Source: Thermodesulfobacteriota bacterium (GTDB taxonomy: Bacteria > Desulfobacterota > Desulfarculia > JACQYL01). From it: DNA of 64,000 nucleotides. Made by a program: the position numbers and the translations under genes. Below are positions 28,652-38,183 of this stretch, one piece after another (position 1 is the first letter of the stretch; each line of letters begins with the position of its first letter). The DNA lies in assembly GCA_963675595.2 (NCBI GenBank), contig CAXXLZ010000001.1:1184001-1248000 (forward strand), given 5' to 3'. A model generated the notes under the pieces. The model saw only the letters and a program-made list of their open reading frames with translations, was not told where the DNA came from and searched no databases.

Positions 28652-29054
28652 CTGATTTCCTCCTGTTCTGGGGACACACTCTGGTCGCCTGTCTGCCGGG
28701 GCAATCGCGCCGGTGGAACGTCGAACCGGCGCCATTCGATTTCCTGAGTTTGATGATACGGTATCCAAAACGGCACGGCAAACCTGAAATGAGCATTGGC
28801 TCTCATGCCGTAGAAGGGGGTGTCGACCAACTTTTTTCCACCTGTTGAAAGAGGCGTTACCGCGCATCGTTAGGTGAAAAAGGCTCGACGGACGGTGCCC
28901 GTGATCCGGGTGTCCAAAGCTTGCGATCGACGATGTTCTAGATGAGAAAAGCCTGATTGGTAGAAGGGGAAATGACCATGCGGTGAAGGCTTCAGGACGG
29001 CCGGCGGTGGTTTGATTGACGGCCGACTCCGACAAGGGGGTCGGCCGTGATCCA

Positions 29055-29948
29055 TTACGATTCTTCCGTTGGAGGGGGGGGAGCAACGAAGTTCAGGACT
29101 CCGGGTCCTTGTAGGATGTTTTGGTGAATTCCCAGTGCCTTCTCGTCCAAGCCCATGCTTACGCCGAGCAATTGGGGATAGAGGAGCGAGGGAAGCGAGC
29201 GAGCGCCGTTTCCGGACGCGGAGAGCATATCCGATTGGACGGTGTCGAACTGAATCTGGCAATAAGTACAGGAAACACAGAGATAATCGGCTCCCGCATT
29301 CATGCCGTCCTCGAGCTTGCGTCGGGTCAGAGAGCGAGCCAATGTCTCGTTCTTATTCCAAAGCGGGTTCCCGCAACACTCCAATTTGAGGGCCCAGGGA
29401 ACACTCTTAGCCCCAGTGACTTCCACGAGCTGATCGAAAATCTTGGGGTCCATGGGATCGTCGAATTGGGTGACGGCGCTGGGCCTTAATGCATGGCATC
29501 CGTAGTGGGTCGCGATGTTGAGCTTCGTGAAGGGTTTGACCACACGAGACTTGAGTTCCTTCGTTCCCACCTCATGGTAGAGAGTGGAGAGAATATGCTT
29601 AGTCTCGAAAGTACCCTCGTATTTGAGCCCGTCCCTGGAGAGAATCCGGTTGACGTCTTCTTTGAGCTCTTTGGATTCCTTGAGAAGGTATTCCGCCTTT
29701 TTCAAGCTTCCAAAGCAACATTTACAGGGAGTGATGATTCCACATCCTTCTCGTTCCGCGAGAGCCAGATTACGGGCCGAAGAGAGGACGTAAGTATGTT
29801 GGCTTAGATGTCGGACGGGATAACCGCAGCAGTTGAATTCGACGTCCGCCAACTGAATGTCCAGTGCTTTGAAAACGGCTTTTGTGGCAGCACCGTATTG
29901 AGGTACGTAATAAGGGATCTTACACCCGGGAAAATAAGCATATTTCAT
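29055..29948 (-). CDS. hdrB: Heterodisulfide reductase subunit B-like (two CCG domains)
   Basis: YFPGC, CCG, TPCKCC, HYGCH..RP, ECCG and CTYCQIQFD motifs. Confidence 0.9.
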   Translation of the reverse strand: MKYAYFPGCKIPYYVPQYGAATKAVFKALDIQLADVEFNCCGYPVRHLSQHTYVLSSARNLALAEREGCGIITPCKCCFGSLKKAEYLLKESKELKEDVNRILSRDGLKYEGTFETKHILSTLYHEVGTKELKSRVVKPFTKLNIATHYGCHALRPSAVTQFDDPMDPKIFDQLVEVTGAKSVPWALKLECCGNPLWNKNETLARSLTRRKLEDGMNAGADYLCVSCTYCQIQFDTVQSDMLSASGNGARSLPSLLYPQLLGVSMGLDEKALGIHQNILQGPGVLNFVAPPPPTEES

Positions 29949-30035
29949 TTCAGAGCCTCATCAAGCTGCGAAGTATTTCCACGAAGAAGAAACCTACCCG
30001 CGGCGACCGATTGTGGCCGTTTCGTTCCGGGTGGG

Positions 30036-31733
30036 TCAAACCGACGCCTGGGCCCCGGTCCCATTCTTGGTGACGTGACTGTAACCCATGTTCCTCAGCT
30101 CATAGAGTATGTCCGTCACTTTAACCCCCTGAGGGCAATGTTCCTGACACATGTAACAGGTGACGCACTGCCACGTCATGCCGCAGGAGGCGGTCTTTTC
30201 TCTTAGTCCGAACCTCAGGGAATGCATAATCTGGTGCGGCAGGAGGCCCAATTCTTCCTGAGGATTTTCGTAACTGGCCACAACCGGACACACGTTCGTG
30301 CAGGTCTGACAGGTAAAGCACTGAGAGAATGTGTGGGCCTGGGTCGAGAGATTGAAATTCTTCTCGAAGCCGTCTCCACCCGGCACGAATCGAATTTCCT
30401 CTTCCGCGGGTTTGGCCCGCTGTTCCGCTTCAACGGCGTTACGGGCAAAGGAAAACGCTTCGGGATAGCCCTTTCGGTCCAACTTCTCCTTCAGTTTGAG
30501 CCACAGGTCCTGAAGGTTGATGCCCACGGGACAGACGTCCGTGCAGCGCATGCAACGCGTACAGATGGAGTTCCCTTCCCTGAGAAGGCTCAACTCCGAC
30601 GGGGACAAGTCTTTTCCCTTTGTGAATTTCCTGAGAAGCGCCAGCTTTTCGGAGGGATAGATGGCCATGTTGGGGATATCCTCGAAGGAAATCCCGACCG
30701 AGCATCTGGAACTGCAGGTCCCGCAGTGCATGCAGGCATCCAATTCCAGCGCCTGTTTGGTGGCCCAGTTTGCGGGATCCGAGGTCTTGGGATCCATTAC
30801 CTCGTTGGCCATCAAGCTCAAAGGACCGGTAAAGATATGGATGAACTTGCTGAAAGGCAGATAGGCCAACCCCAGGAAGCATGCGAGGATATGAAGGTAC
30901 CATAAACCACGCTCGACGCTTTGCGAAGAGATTCCGGGAGCGGCGGGTTTGATCGCTTGGGCGACGGCGTACGACATGAAAGCCGAGGTCGGTTTGGAGT
31001 GACAATAGGCACAGCTGATGTCGTGCTCTCCCTTGCCCTGTTCGACCATCATTTCGTCGTCGACGGGAACCGGTTCGCTGAACACCACATCAAATTCTTT
31101 GGCCCAATATGCTTTCAGAGGAAGGACTTCTTCGTCGTCGAGCGCCGCGTAGTTCTCAACCATATAGTTAAAGCGAGACTCGGAAAGAATCTTCACGGCT
31201 TCGAGGCCTACGCCGGAGAGCATAATCACGGCCAATATGATGATGGCGTAACGGTCCATGCCCACGGATATCCTGCGAAGCACTTTCATTTTCGATCTTC
31301 GGACAAGGGCGATGATAACGCCGATGATCACCAGAGCGCCGAACAGGTTACGGAGGAACATGAACGGGTTCAACGTGGATGCATAATCGGAGAAAATCTT
31401 GCTTGTGATAATGGAGTCCATGGCGTGCATGAGGAGCAGGAGCATGAATCCCGCGTAAATGCACATATGCATGACCCATCGGGTCGGGCTGTCCCGCAAA
31501 ACCCGGAGCTGCAGAAGACCGTCGAGTATGAAGCTCTTGAGCAGCCCACCGATGCGGGGGCTGAAAATTGTAGCGAAAAAGCCTTTGATGAAGGCGCCGA
31601 CTCGTTGTCCCGTGGTCTGGGAAGTTCCCGCCACGTCGTTGCGGAACCAGGTGAATACTTTGTAGAGGAGCCCCACGCCGAAGACGGCCAACGAGATGTA
31701 CAGACCTGCCGAAAAAAAGGTATCCGTATTCAT
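30036..31733 (-). CDS. NarI/DsrM-like membrane protein with CxxCH insert fused to two HdrC-like 4Fe-4S dicluster domains
   Basis: TM helices with RWVMH..H and WYLH...LPFSKFIH, CAYCH heme-c motif, four CxxCxxCxxxC motifs. Confidence 0.85.
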   Translation of the reverse strand: MNTDTFFSAGLYISLAVFGVGLLYKVFTWFRNDVAGTSQTTGQRVGAFIKGFFATIFSPRIGGLLKSFILDGLLQLRVLRDSPTRWVMHMCIYAGFMLLLLMHAMDSIITSKIFSDYASTLNPFMFLRNLFGALVIIGVIIALVRRSKMKVLRRISVGMDRYAIIILAVIMLSGVGLEAVKILSESRFNYMVENYAALDDEEVLPLKAYWAKEFDVVFSEPVPVDDEMMVEQGKGEHDISCAYCHSKPTSAFMSYAVAQAIKPAAPGISSQSVERGLWYLHILACFLGLAYLPFSKFIHIFTGPLSLMANEVMDPKTSDPANWATKQALELDACMHCGTCSSRCSVGISFEDIPNMAIYPSEKLALLRKFTKGKDLSPSELSLLREGNSICTRCMRCTDVCPVGINLQDLWLKLKEKLDRKGYPEAFSFARNAVEAEQRAKPAEEEIRFVPGGDGFEKNFNLSTQAHTFSQCFTCQTCTNVCPVVASYENPQEELGLLPHQIMHSLRFGLREKTASCGMTWQCVTCYMCQEHCPQGVKVTDILYELRNMGYSHVTKNGTGAQASV

Positions 31734-32094
31734 ACCACCCTTCCACCAACGAGATTTGGATCTGGTTCGCGAGAATCCCTTCAGGGACGGGGAAGAATTT
31801 CCCGAGGCGGGAGCAAGAACGCCTCGTGCCTAGGGTTGCTCTTGACCAGGAGAAGCCTGATCCTATCACGAATGGCGGTCCGCCTCAAAACGAAAAATAC
31901 CGACTACGTGAAAAATTACGCTTTTCCTTTTACCTTCATTTGTGTATATCAGATTCTTATCGTAGATGTAGTGCCGTGTTTGGCTTCTTAGCAGCAGGCT
32001 ATGTGAAAATTGCTACTTGCTCCGTAAACTCTTATCGAGTCCTCCCCTTTTAATTCCCTAGCCCCATAGGTTGGTCTGCGAGCGCCCTTCCACC

Positions 32095-32203
32095 AGGCTG
32101 TTGAAAAACGCGATCTGCAGCGTTGCACTTCATCCCTGGTCACTGTGACGTGCTCTATGTACCTATCATTCCTCGGGATTTGTGCTCCTTGCATCCAACA
32201 GCC
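32095..32203. mobile_element. MITE-like non-coding repeat, copy 1 (degenerate)
   Basis: Starts AGGCTGTTGAAAAA and ends CAACAGCC. Collinear with 53669-53790. Confidence 0.7.
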
Positions 32204-32662
32204 CGCCGCAACCGGCCCTTTTTTCAGCGAGCGGCTACGGGCGACTGCAAACTCGAAATCGCCCTCAGGGTCGAAATGTTCTTCGGTGATGCTCCCCGAA
32301 TTTCGCCGCATGAAACCGGTGTTCCCTACCAGTAATACGGTATCGTCACGATCGACCCGCAACCTGTCCTTTCCGTGATTGAAGACCCGTCCGGCCCAGA
32401 TTGCTCTTGATGGTACAATTCCGAGTGGGGCTAGAACCCGTTCCGCATGGAGGTTCGAGAAACCATGCCGACGGCACCGGCTCCCTGAAACGCTTAGCAG
32501 AGACTCCTCCTTTAAAGCGGAAGATGGCCTTTTCTCCCGCTTGATTCGACTCTCGTGCTCCACCCCGGCGCCCTGAAAGATTCCGGCCTGGAGGGGGGTG
32601 AAGAGAGAAGCTCCGAAGAGGCGTGATGGGGCGGTGAGGGAGTTTCGCAACGATTTTCGGTA

Positions 32663-32700
32663 TTGGTCTTACCAAAATGCCAAGTTTGGTATTGCAATAC
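32663..32700. promoter_or_regulatory. Candidate FadR/GntR operator(s)
   Basis: TTGGT-CTT-ACCAA (32663-32675) matches the PdhR/LldR-type TGGT-N3-ACCA box. Perfect palindrome GTATTGCAATAC at 32689-32700. Confidence 0.6.
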
Positions 32701-32863
32701 AATTTCGATTCATGCTCTACTGTCCATGTGGATTTATTCGTTAATTCAGGAGGGTAAGAGAAGACTCAAATATTGGCTAATTGATCGGATGGCTATAATT
32801 TCGGACCAATGAGGCGGGGTTCCGGGAGATATCCCCCAGGAAGGAACTCGCTGGAGACGAGTC

Positions 32864-33634
32864 GTGCAAGCCCGATATGGAAAGATTCAAGCCAAGCGCT
32901 TTTCCGACCAAGTCTTCGAGCATATTAGAGACCTGGTGTTTCAAGGAGATCTCGAACCGGGGCAACAACTGCTCCCCGAACGGGAACTGGCAAAGGCCAT
33001 GGGAGTCAGTCGTCCCACGATCCGGGAGGCGGTTCGAAGGTTGGTGGATCGCGGCCTTCTGGAACATCGGCAGGGTCGCGGAACCTTCGTCAGGGACCCC
33101 GAATCGGCTCGGATCGCCAACCCGCTCAGCCTGATGCTGGACGACAATGCCCCCACTCTCGCCGAACTCATGGATGTTCGCCTGGGGCTGGAGTGCAATT
33201 CCGCCATGCTTGCGGCCCGGCATTCCACCGCCGAGGATGTGGCCAAGATCGAGGAGAGCCACAATGAAATGCGATCGAGTCATACCAAAGGTGTTCTACC
33301 CTTCACGCAGGAGGCCCGTTTTCATGTGGCCATCGCTTATGCCGGGAGGAATATGCTCCAGGTTCATCTGGTCAAATACCTCAACGATTTGATCGAAGGG
33401 GTGCTGGAAAACGGCGAGGAATCGTTGTTCGACTCTCCCGCAATCGTGAATTCGGTGTTCTCTCAGCACGAGAAGATTCTGGAGGCCATCCGTTCTCACG
33501 ATGCTTTGGCCGCCTTCCACGCCATGCGCACACACGTCGCTTCTTCCATCGATTCCATTGCGACACGTTCCCTTCTCCTAGCGAGAAAAGGGCGTGTTTC
33601 CCCAATGGGAACGTTGAGAGAGGATACGGGATGA
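32864..33634 (+). CDS. FadR/GntR-family transcriptional regulator
   Basis: LLPERELAKAMGVSRPTIREA...RQGRGTFV HTH plus FCD domain (RFHVAIA, QHEKILEAI). Confidence 0.92.
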   Translation: MQARYGKIQAKRFSDQVFEHIRDLVFQGDLEPGQQLLPERELAKAMGVSRPTIREAVRRLVDRGLLEHRQGRGTFVRDPESARIANPLSLMLDDNAPTLAELMDVRLGLECNSAMLAARHSTAEDVAKIEESHNEMRSSHTKGVLPFTQEARFHVAIAYAGRNMLQVHLVKYLNDLIEGVLENGEESLFDSPAIVNSVFSQHEKILEAIRSHDALAAFHAMRTHVASSIDSIATRSLLLARKGRVSPMGTLREDTG

Positions 33635-33748
33635 ATGAGCAAGGATCTCTGTGGGTGGGATTTGAAATGTTCGGGGAGAAGGCGAAGCGATCCGTACTGC
33701 TCTCCCGCGCTGCGCATACACTGGAATTAATTCGGGAGCATTTGACGA

Positions 33749-34507
33749 ATGCATATTCTGCTGACGAATGATGATGGAATCCATGCACCGGGGATACTCG
33801 CTTTGGTGAAGGGCCTTGAAGACTCACACCGGCTTTCGGTGATCGCTCCGGAGCAGGAGCAAAGCGCCGTGGGGCATGCCATAACTTTGCTGCAACCCAT
33901 CAGGGTCAAATCCGTTTCCGTGGGCAACGGAGTCGTTGCCCATGCAGTGTCCGGGACGCCCGCAGACTGCGTGAAAATCGGAATCGAGGAGATCGTGGAA
34001 GCCCCCCCGGACTTGGTCATCAGCGGCATCAACCTCGGCGCCAATGCGGGGATTGACGCCCTTTATTCGGGAACCGTGTCCGCCGCCACTGAAGCCGCCA
34101 TTATGGGAGTGCCCGCGTTGGCGGTTTCTTTGGACACTTTCAGCAACCCGGATTTCGGCCCGGCCGTCCGTTTCGTCGCGGGCCTTTTGACCCGGTTTCA
34201 CACTCGCTCTTTTCCTCCCCACACGGCCGTCAACATCAACGTACCCGCCCTTCCCTACGACGCAATCCAAGGTGCGAAGATCACGCGACACGGCAGTTCC
34301 AGGCTGAAGGAAAGATTCGATCGTCGGGTCGATCCCAGAGGAAACGTGTACTACTGGCAGACGGGCGACGTGCCTTTATTGAACCTGGAACCGGATACCG
34401 ACCGGGACGCATTGAATCGGGGATACATTTCCATTACGCCGATCCAATACGACCTTACGGCCTATCATGCTTTGGACGCACTGAAGAGTTGGGATATTCC
34501 TTTTTAG
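33749..34507 (+). CDS. surE: 5'/3'-nucleotidase SurE
   Basis: ILLTNDDGIHAPG, GTPADCV, SGINLGAN and YSGTVSAA motifs. Confidence 0.95.
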   Translation: MHILLTNDDGIHAPGILALVKGLEDSHRLSVIAPEQEQSAVGHAITLLQPIRVKSVSVGNGVVAHAVSGTPADCVKIGIEEIVEAPPDLVISGINLGANAGIDALYSGTVSAATEAAIMGVPALAVSLDTFSNPDFGPAVRFVAGLLTRFHTRSFPPHTAVNINVPALPYDAIQGAKITRHGSSRLKERFDRRVDPRGNVYYWQTGDVPLLNLEPDTDRDALNRGYISITPIQYDLTAYHALDALKSWDIPF

Positions 34508-34534
34508 AGTCTTGCTGCCGGGGCCGCTTTGCCG

Positions 34535-34563
34535 TTGACAGTATGGATGTGGGTGGATAGCAT
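34535..34563 (+). promoter_or_regulatory. Candidate sigma70 promoter for the GNAT pair
   Basis: TTGACA-17 bp-TAGCAT. Confidence 0.55.
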
Positions 34564-34595
34564 GCTTTGCCATTGAGCGGTGGAGATTGGAAGCC

Positions 34596-35156
34596 ATGCA
34601 GACCAAGTACCCCAAAGAAGTGATTTTGAAGGATGGGTCGGAAGCCGTTCTGAGGCCTCTGGAAGAAAGAGACGCCGAGGCCTTGCTTCAGTTCTACCGG
34701 TCCATACCGCCGGCCGAGCGGTGGTATATGAAGGAAGACGCCGCGGACCCCTCCATCATCAAGAAGTGGACCGATCGGATGGACCCATACCGGATGTTTT
34801 CCATCGTCGCTTGGACGGATGATGGTATCGTGGCCCATGCAACCCTGATACGCAATGTCTTCGGCGGAATGAAGCACGGGGGACATCTGAGGATCATGGT
34901 GTCTCCGGATTTCAGGAGAAAGCGGTTGGGAACCTGGATGCTGCTCGACTTGATCCGAAGGGCCATGGATTCCGGGTTGGAGCGTCTTCGTTCCGAATTT
35001 GTGGTGGGAGCCGAAGATGCGGCGATCGAGGCGGCCTACAAATTGGACTTCTACAAGGCCGGTGTGCTGACCGACTATGTGAAGGATCAGGACGGGAATT
35101 ACCACGATTACCAGATCATGGTGAAACATCTCCACACGGAGTGGAGTGATTTCTGA
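34596..35156 (+). CDS. GNAT N-acetyltransferase
   Basis: LKDG...LRPL...D and VSPDFRRKRLGT acetyl-CoA binding motif. Confidence 0.85.
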   Translation: MQTKYPKEVILKDGSEAVLRPLEERDAEALLQFYRSIPPAERWYMKEDAADPSIIKKWTDRMDPYRMFSIVAWTDDGIVAHATLIRNVFGGMKHGGHLRIMVSPDFRRKRLGTWMLLDLIRRAMDSGLERLRSEFVVGAEDAAIEAAYKLDFYKAGVLTDYVKDQDGNYHDYQIMVKHLHTEWSDF

Positions 35157-35814
35157 CAGCTCACCGACGATGGAGCCTCCTTCTTCCTCAAATCGCCTCC
35201 AATGGAGCACTCCTCTCGGCACCCTGACCGTCCGTTCTTTCCGTCACCCGGATGAGATTTCGGCCTTTCGGTTTCCGGAATCGTTCGGCCGGTTCGCTCG
35301 CTACCATCCCATCATCTCCGACGAAAAGACGCTCGTCCGAAAGGCCTCCAAGACCGACACCGCCATCACCCTGGCTTTGACATCGGAGCAGACCATCGTG
35401 GGTTTGGCCGTACTCGAACGACCCGACCCGGGGGAACGGTGGAGCCGAGTGGGCGAAGGGCTCGTATTGGAGGTTTCGGTCATCGAAGTTGATCGAGATT
35501 GGAGGTCCCATGGAGTGGCCGACCGGCTGTTGACGCTTCTACTGGACCTGCCCTCCCTGGAAGAGCGGATCCTGTATATGGTAGGCTATTCCTGGACTTG
35601 GGATCTCGACTTCCGCCCCAAAACCGCCATGCAGTACAGAAATATGCTCATGAACCTCTTTGCTCGTCACGGATTTTCATCGCTGCAAACCAACGAACCC
35701 AATATTTGCTTAAGACCGGAAAACCTCTTTATGGCGCGGATCGGTGATCGTGTGCCGGAGGAGGCGCGTAAGAAATTCAAAATGGTGCGTTTCAATCTGG
35801 ATTTGTACCAGTGA
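35146..35814 (+). CDS. GNAT acetyltransferase, AcuA-like
   Basis: PDPGERW, IEVDRDWRSHGVA, YSWTWDL, YR.ML..LF...GF and NLFMARIG, resembling AcuA. Start may be ATG 35170. Confidence 0.75.
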   Translation: MISDSSPTMEPPSSSNRLQWSTPLGTLTVRSFRHPDEISAFRFPESFGRFARYHPIISDEKTLVRKASKTDTAITLALTSEQTIVGLAVLERPDPGERWSRVGEGLVLEVSVIEVDRDWRSHGVADRLLTLLLDLPSLEERILYMVGYSWTWDLDFRPKTAMQYRNMLMNLFARHGFSSLQTNEPNICLRPENLFMARIGDRVPEEARKKFKMVRFNLDLYQ

Positions 35815-35939
35815 AGCATTCCATCCGATTCACTCCGGACTCTCCCGATGATTGGTCCCTCTCGAGCCGTTGGCGGTCGATTCAAGTTCACTGCAGGCGC
35901 CATTGCCGGGGCTGATATTTCACAACCACGGATATTTCC

Positions 35940-36620
35940 TTGAATCGGCCTATGGATTCCTCTCGAAAATCGTCAGGAAGATTCAACCCCGTTGTGGAGT
36001 TCTCCCGTAGCTTGGAGGACGGAATCGACTTCTGGAGGCTGGACCCGCCCCCCGGTTTTCTGGAACAATGCGCCCTTTATTACACAAGACTGGAACACTG
36101 GAACCGAACGTTCCGCGTCATCGGTTTTCGATCGCCCACGGATGCCGCCACAAAGCTTTTTCTGGATTCGCTCGCTCCGGCTCACCAAATTCCATCCAAT
36201 GCCGTCGTCTTGGACATCGGTTCGGGTGCCGGCTTTCCCGGAATGGTTCTCAAACTGTTTCGTCCCGATTTGCATGTTTGTCTGGTGGACGCCACAAGAA
36301 AAAAGGTCAATTTTCTGAAGGAGATGCGTTTGGAGCTGGGGTTGTCGGGACTTGAAGCGTTTCATCTTCGTTTAGGGGCCGACGCAATAGAGCCGCCCCG
36401 CAGAGGTTCCTTCGACGTGGTGATCAGCAAAGCGGTGGGTCCGGTGGGAACCCTCATGGACCTGAGCCGTCCTTACCTGCGTCCTTCGGGGTTCTGCATT
36501 CTCATGAGGGGCTCCAACGTGGGAGACGCCATAAACACCGCAGACGCGGCCCTCATCAGCGTGATTCCCTATGAGCTTCCTCAAGGCGTGGGTTCACGGA
36601 ACCTGCTTCTGGTTCGATGA
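35940..36620 (+). CDS. rsmG: 16S rRNA m7G527 methyltransferase
   Basis: FLDSL, LDIGSGAGFPG, DATRKKVNFL and FDVVISKA motifs. Confidence 0.88.
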   Translation: MNRPMDSSRKSSGRFNPVVEFSRSLEDGIDFWRLDPPPGFLEQCALYYTRLEHWNRTFRVIGFRSPTDAATKLFLDSLAPAHQIPSNAVVLDIGSGAGFPGMVLKLFRPDLHVCLVDATRKKVNFLKEMRLELGLSGLEAFHLRLGADAIEPPRRGSFDVVISKAVGPVGTLMDLSRPYLRPSGFCILMRGSNVGDAINTADAALISVIPYELPQGVGSRNLLLVR

Positions 36621-36678
36621 TCGCGGCAGCCGTCCCGGCGTCAATTGGATGGGGGGGGGCGGTGAAAACCAGGAAATC

Positions 36679-37521
36679 TCAGCAACCAAGAAAGCGTGCC
36701 AGGTTTTCGCCGCAAATCAATCGGATCTGTTCCCGGCTCAGTCCGGCTTCCGCCATTTCCTTGAAGTATCTTGAAGGTGGAAGGAGCGGGAAGTCGCTTC
36801 CGAATACGATGCGTTCCGCGCCGCAAATACGAACGGCGGTCTGATAGACTTCGGGGCGATAAAGGTAGGGAGAAGCGGCCGTATCGTACATTACGTGGCT
36901 CATGGTTTGAGGCACCTCCTTCTTCATTAGTTCATAGAAGAGTATGCCTCCTCCCCAATGAGCGAGGATCACCGGGATGGGCGTTAGAAATCGAAGAAGC
37001 TCGTATAATGCGCGCAGGGTCATTCGGGCTTTGCCCGGATAGACGTGTCCGACGGTTTCGTTGGCGTGGAGAAGCAACGGCACTTCGTGGCGTTCAAGTA
37101 CCTCACGAATCGGGGTCATGATGTCCACCAGCTCCGAACCGTCGGGCTCGCCCTGGTAGAATGCAAGCTCCCCCACGCCTTTCAGTCCGGCCCTAAGGCA
37201 ACGGTCCAGCTCTTCCGCCCCCTGAGGACTGCCGGCGTGGATGCATGCGAACCCGATGAGGCGGTTGGGGTATTTGGTCACGGCCTCGATGACATAGTCG
37301 TTGGCTCGCGAGGCCGTTTCCGGTGAACGCCAGGGAAAGCCGAAGGTGATCGCCTTGTCGACGCCTTGTTCGTCCATCATGGCCACAAGCTCCTCCGCGG
37401 AAACCATTTTCGACTTTTCGCTTCTGTATATGGCCTGAAAGGCGTCCTCGCCGTCCATGAATTGGGAGCGGTCTTCGCGAACCTCGGGGAAAAAGATGTG
37501 AGTGTGGGCATCGATGATCAT
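36679..37521 (-). CDS. Amidohydrolase family (Amidohydro_2)
   Basis: IIDAHTH, KGVGEL, ILAHWGGG, YDTAA and FGSDFP motifs. Confidence 0.88.
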   Translation of the reverse strand: MIIDAHTHIFFPEVREDRSQFMDGEDAFQAIYRSEKSKMVSAEELVAMMDEQGVDKAITFGFPWRSPETASRANDYVIEAVTKYPNRLIGFACIHAGSPQGAEELDRCLRAGLKGVGELAFYQGEPDGSELVDIMTPIREVLERHEVPLLLHANETVGHVYPGKARMTLRALYELLRFLTPIPVILAHWGGGILFYELMKKEVPQTMSHVMYDTAASPYLYRPEVYQTAVRICGAERIVFGSDFPLLPPSRYFKEMAEAGLSREQIRLICGENLARFLGC

Positions 37522-37669
37522 GTTCCGCCTCCTTGGAGCTTTTCGGCTTGTATCCGGGACAATGAATCTTCCGTATCACGCCCGGAGGTTTGAGGCAACC
37601 GAGAACTCCCCCAGGTCCTTGTCCAAGCATGGTGGCGGTTGCGTCGCTTATCGGCGGCCCTCGATTGCT

Positions 37670-37698
37670 TTGACACCCGGGACGAAATCGAATATAGA
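37670..37698 (+). promoter_or_regulatory. Candidate sigma70 promoter
   Basis: TTGACA-17 bp-TATAGA upstream of ATG 37730. Confidence 0.5.
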
Positions 37699-37729
37699 AA
37701 ACAAATTAAGAAAGATCCGGGCCCCGACC

Positions 37730-38131
37730 ATGGAACAAACGACACTCATGAACAATGACGAAATGGAGTACCGGGTCGGGAGGAATGAGGATCCTTTTGA
37801 TTTGGTAATCGATAAGTGGGAGCGAATTCGTCGCTTTCTGGGCTCCGCTTTTTCGAGGGACGACTACGTTCTCGCCCTTCATGCAGTTCACGTCGCAATT
37901 CCCTTTTGCAGAGAGTACGGGTCGCAAGGCAACTGTCACAAGTGCCCGATCCACGGCTTATGCCGTGAAGAGGGACCTGCGGGAGAAAGCCTCTGGGAAG
38001 GTCTTTACCGGCTTTTCCAGGCATACGCATGGGGAGGGGATCTTCTACCCCGGGAGCCGATTCTGATGTATACGGGACGGTTTCTCGAAGCTCTCACGGA
38101 AGCGAAGAATACGGCTGGCGCATCGCACTGA
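37730..38131 (+). CDS. Hypothetical 133-aa protein with four-Cys cluster (C-x8-C-x2-CP-x4-C)
   Basis: FCREYGSQGNCHKCPIHGLC. Lies downstream of a promoter-like sequence. Confidence 0.65.
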   Translation: MEQTTLMNNDEMEYRVGRNEDPFDLVIDKWERIRRFLGSAFSRDDYVLALHAVHVAIPFCREYGSQGNCHKCPIHGLCREEGPAGESLWEGLYRLFQAYAWGGDLLPREPILMYTGRFLEALTEAKNTAGASH

Positions 38132-38183
38132 TCTGCCTGAGCGTGGACGCGCCGATACTGTGTATGAATCCGATGGACGATTT

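Noticed and set aside
27794-29086. Long N-terminal extensions of ORF-track calls (SDR, also trmJ, wecB, grpE)
   Set aside because: Downstream ATGs coincide with domain starts, some with a clear RBS. The extensions look non-coding, and the wecB one translates the MITE.
31988-32650. 220-aa minus-strand ORF in the hdr/GntR intergenic region
   Set aside because: It runs through the MITE, has no recognisable motif or RBS, and has atypical composition. A decayed gene fragment cannot be excluded.
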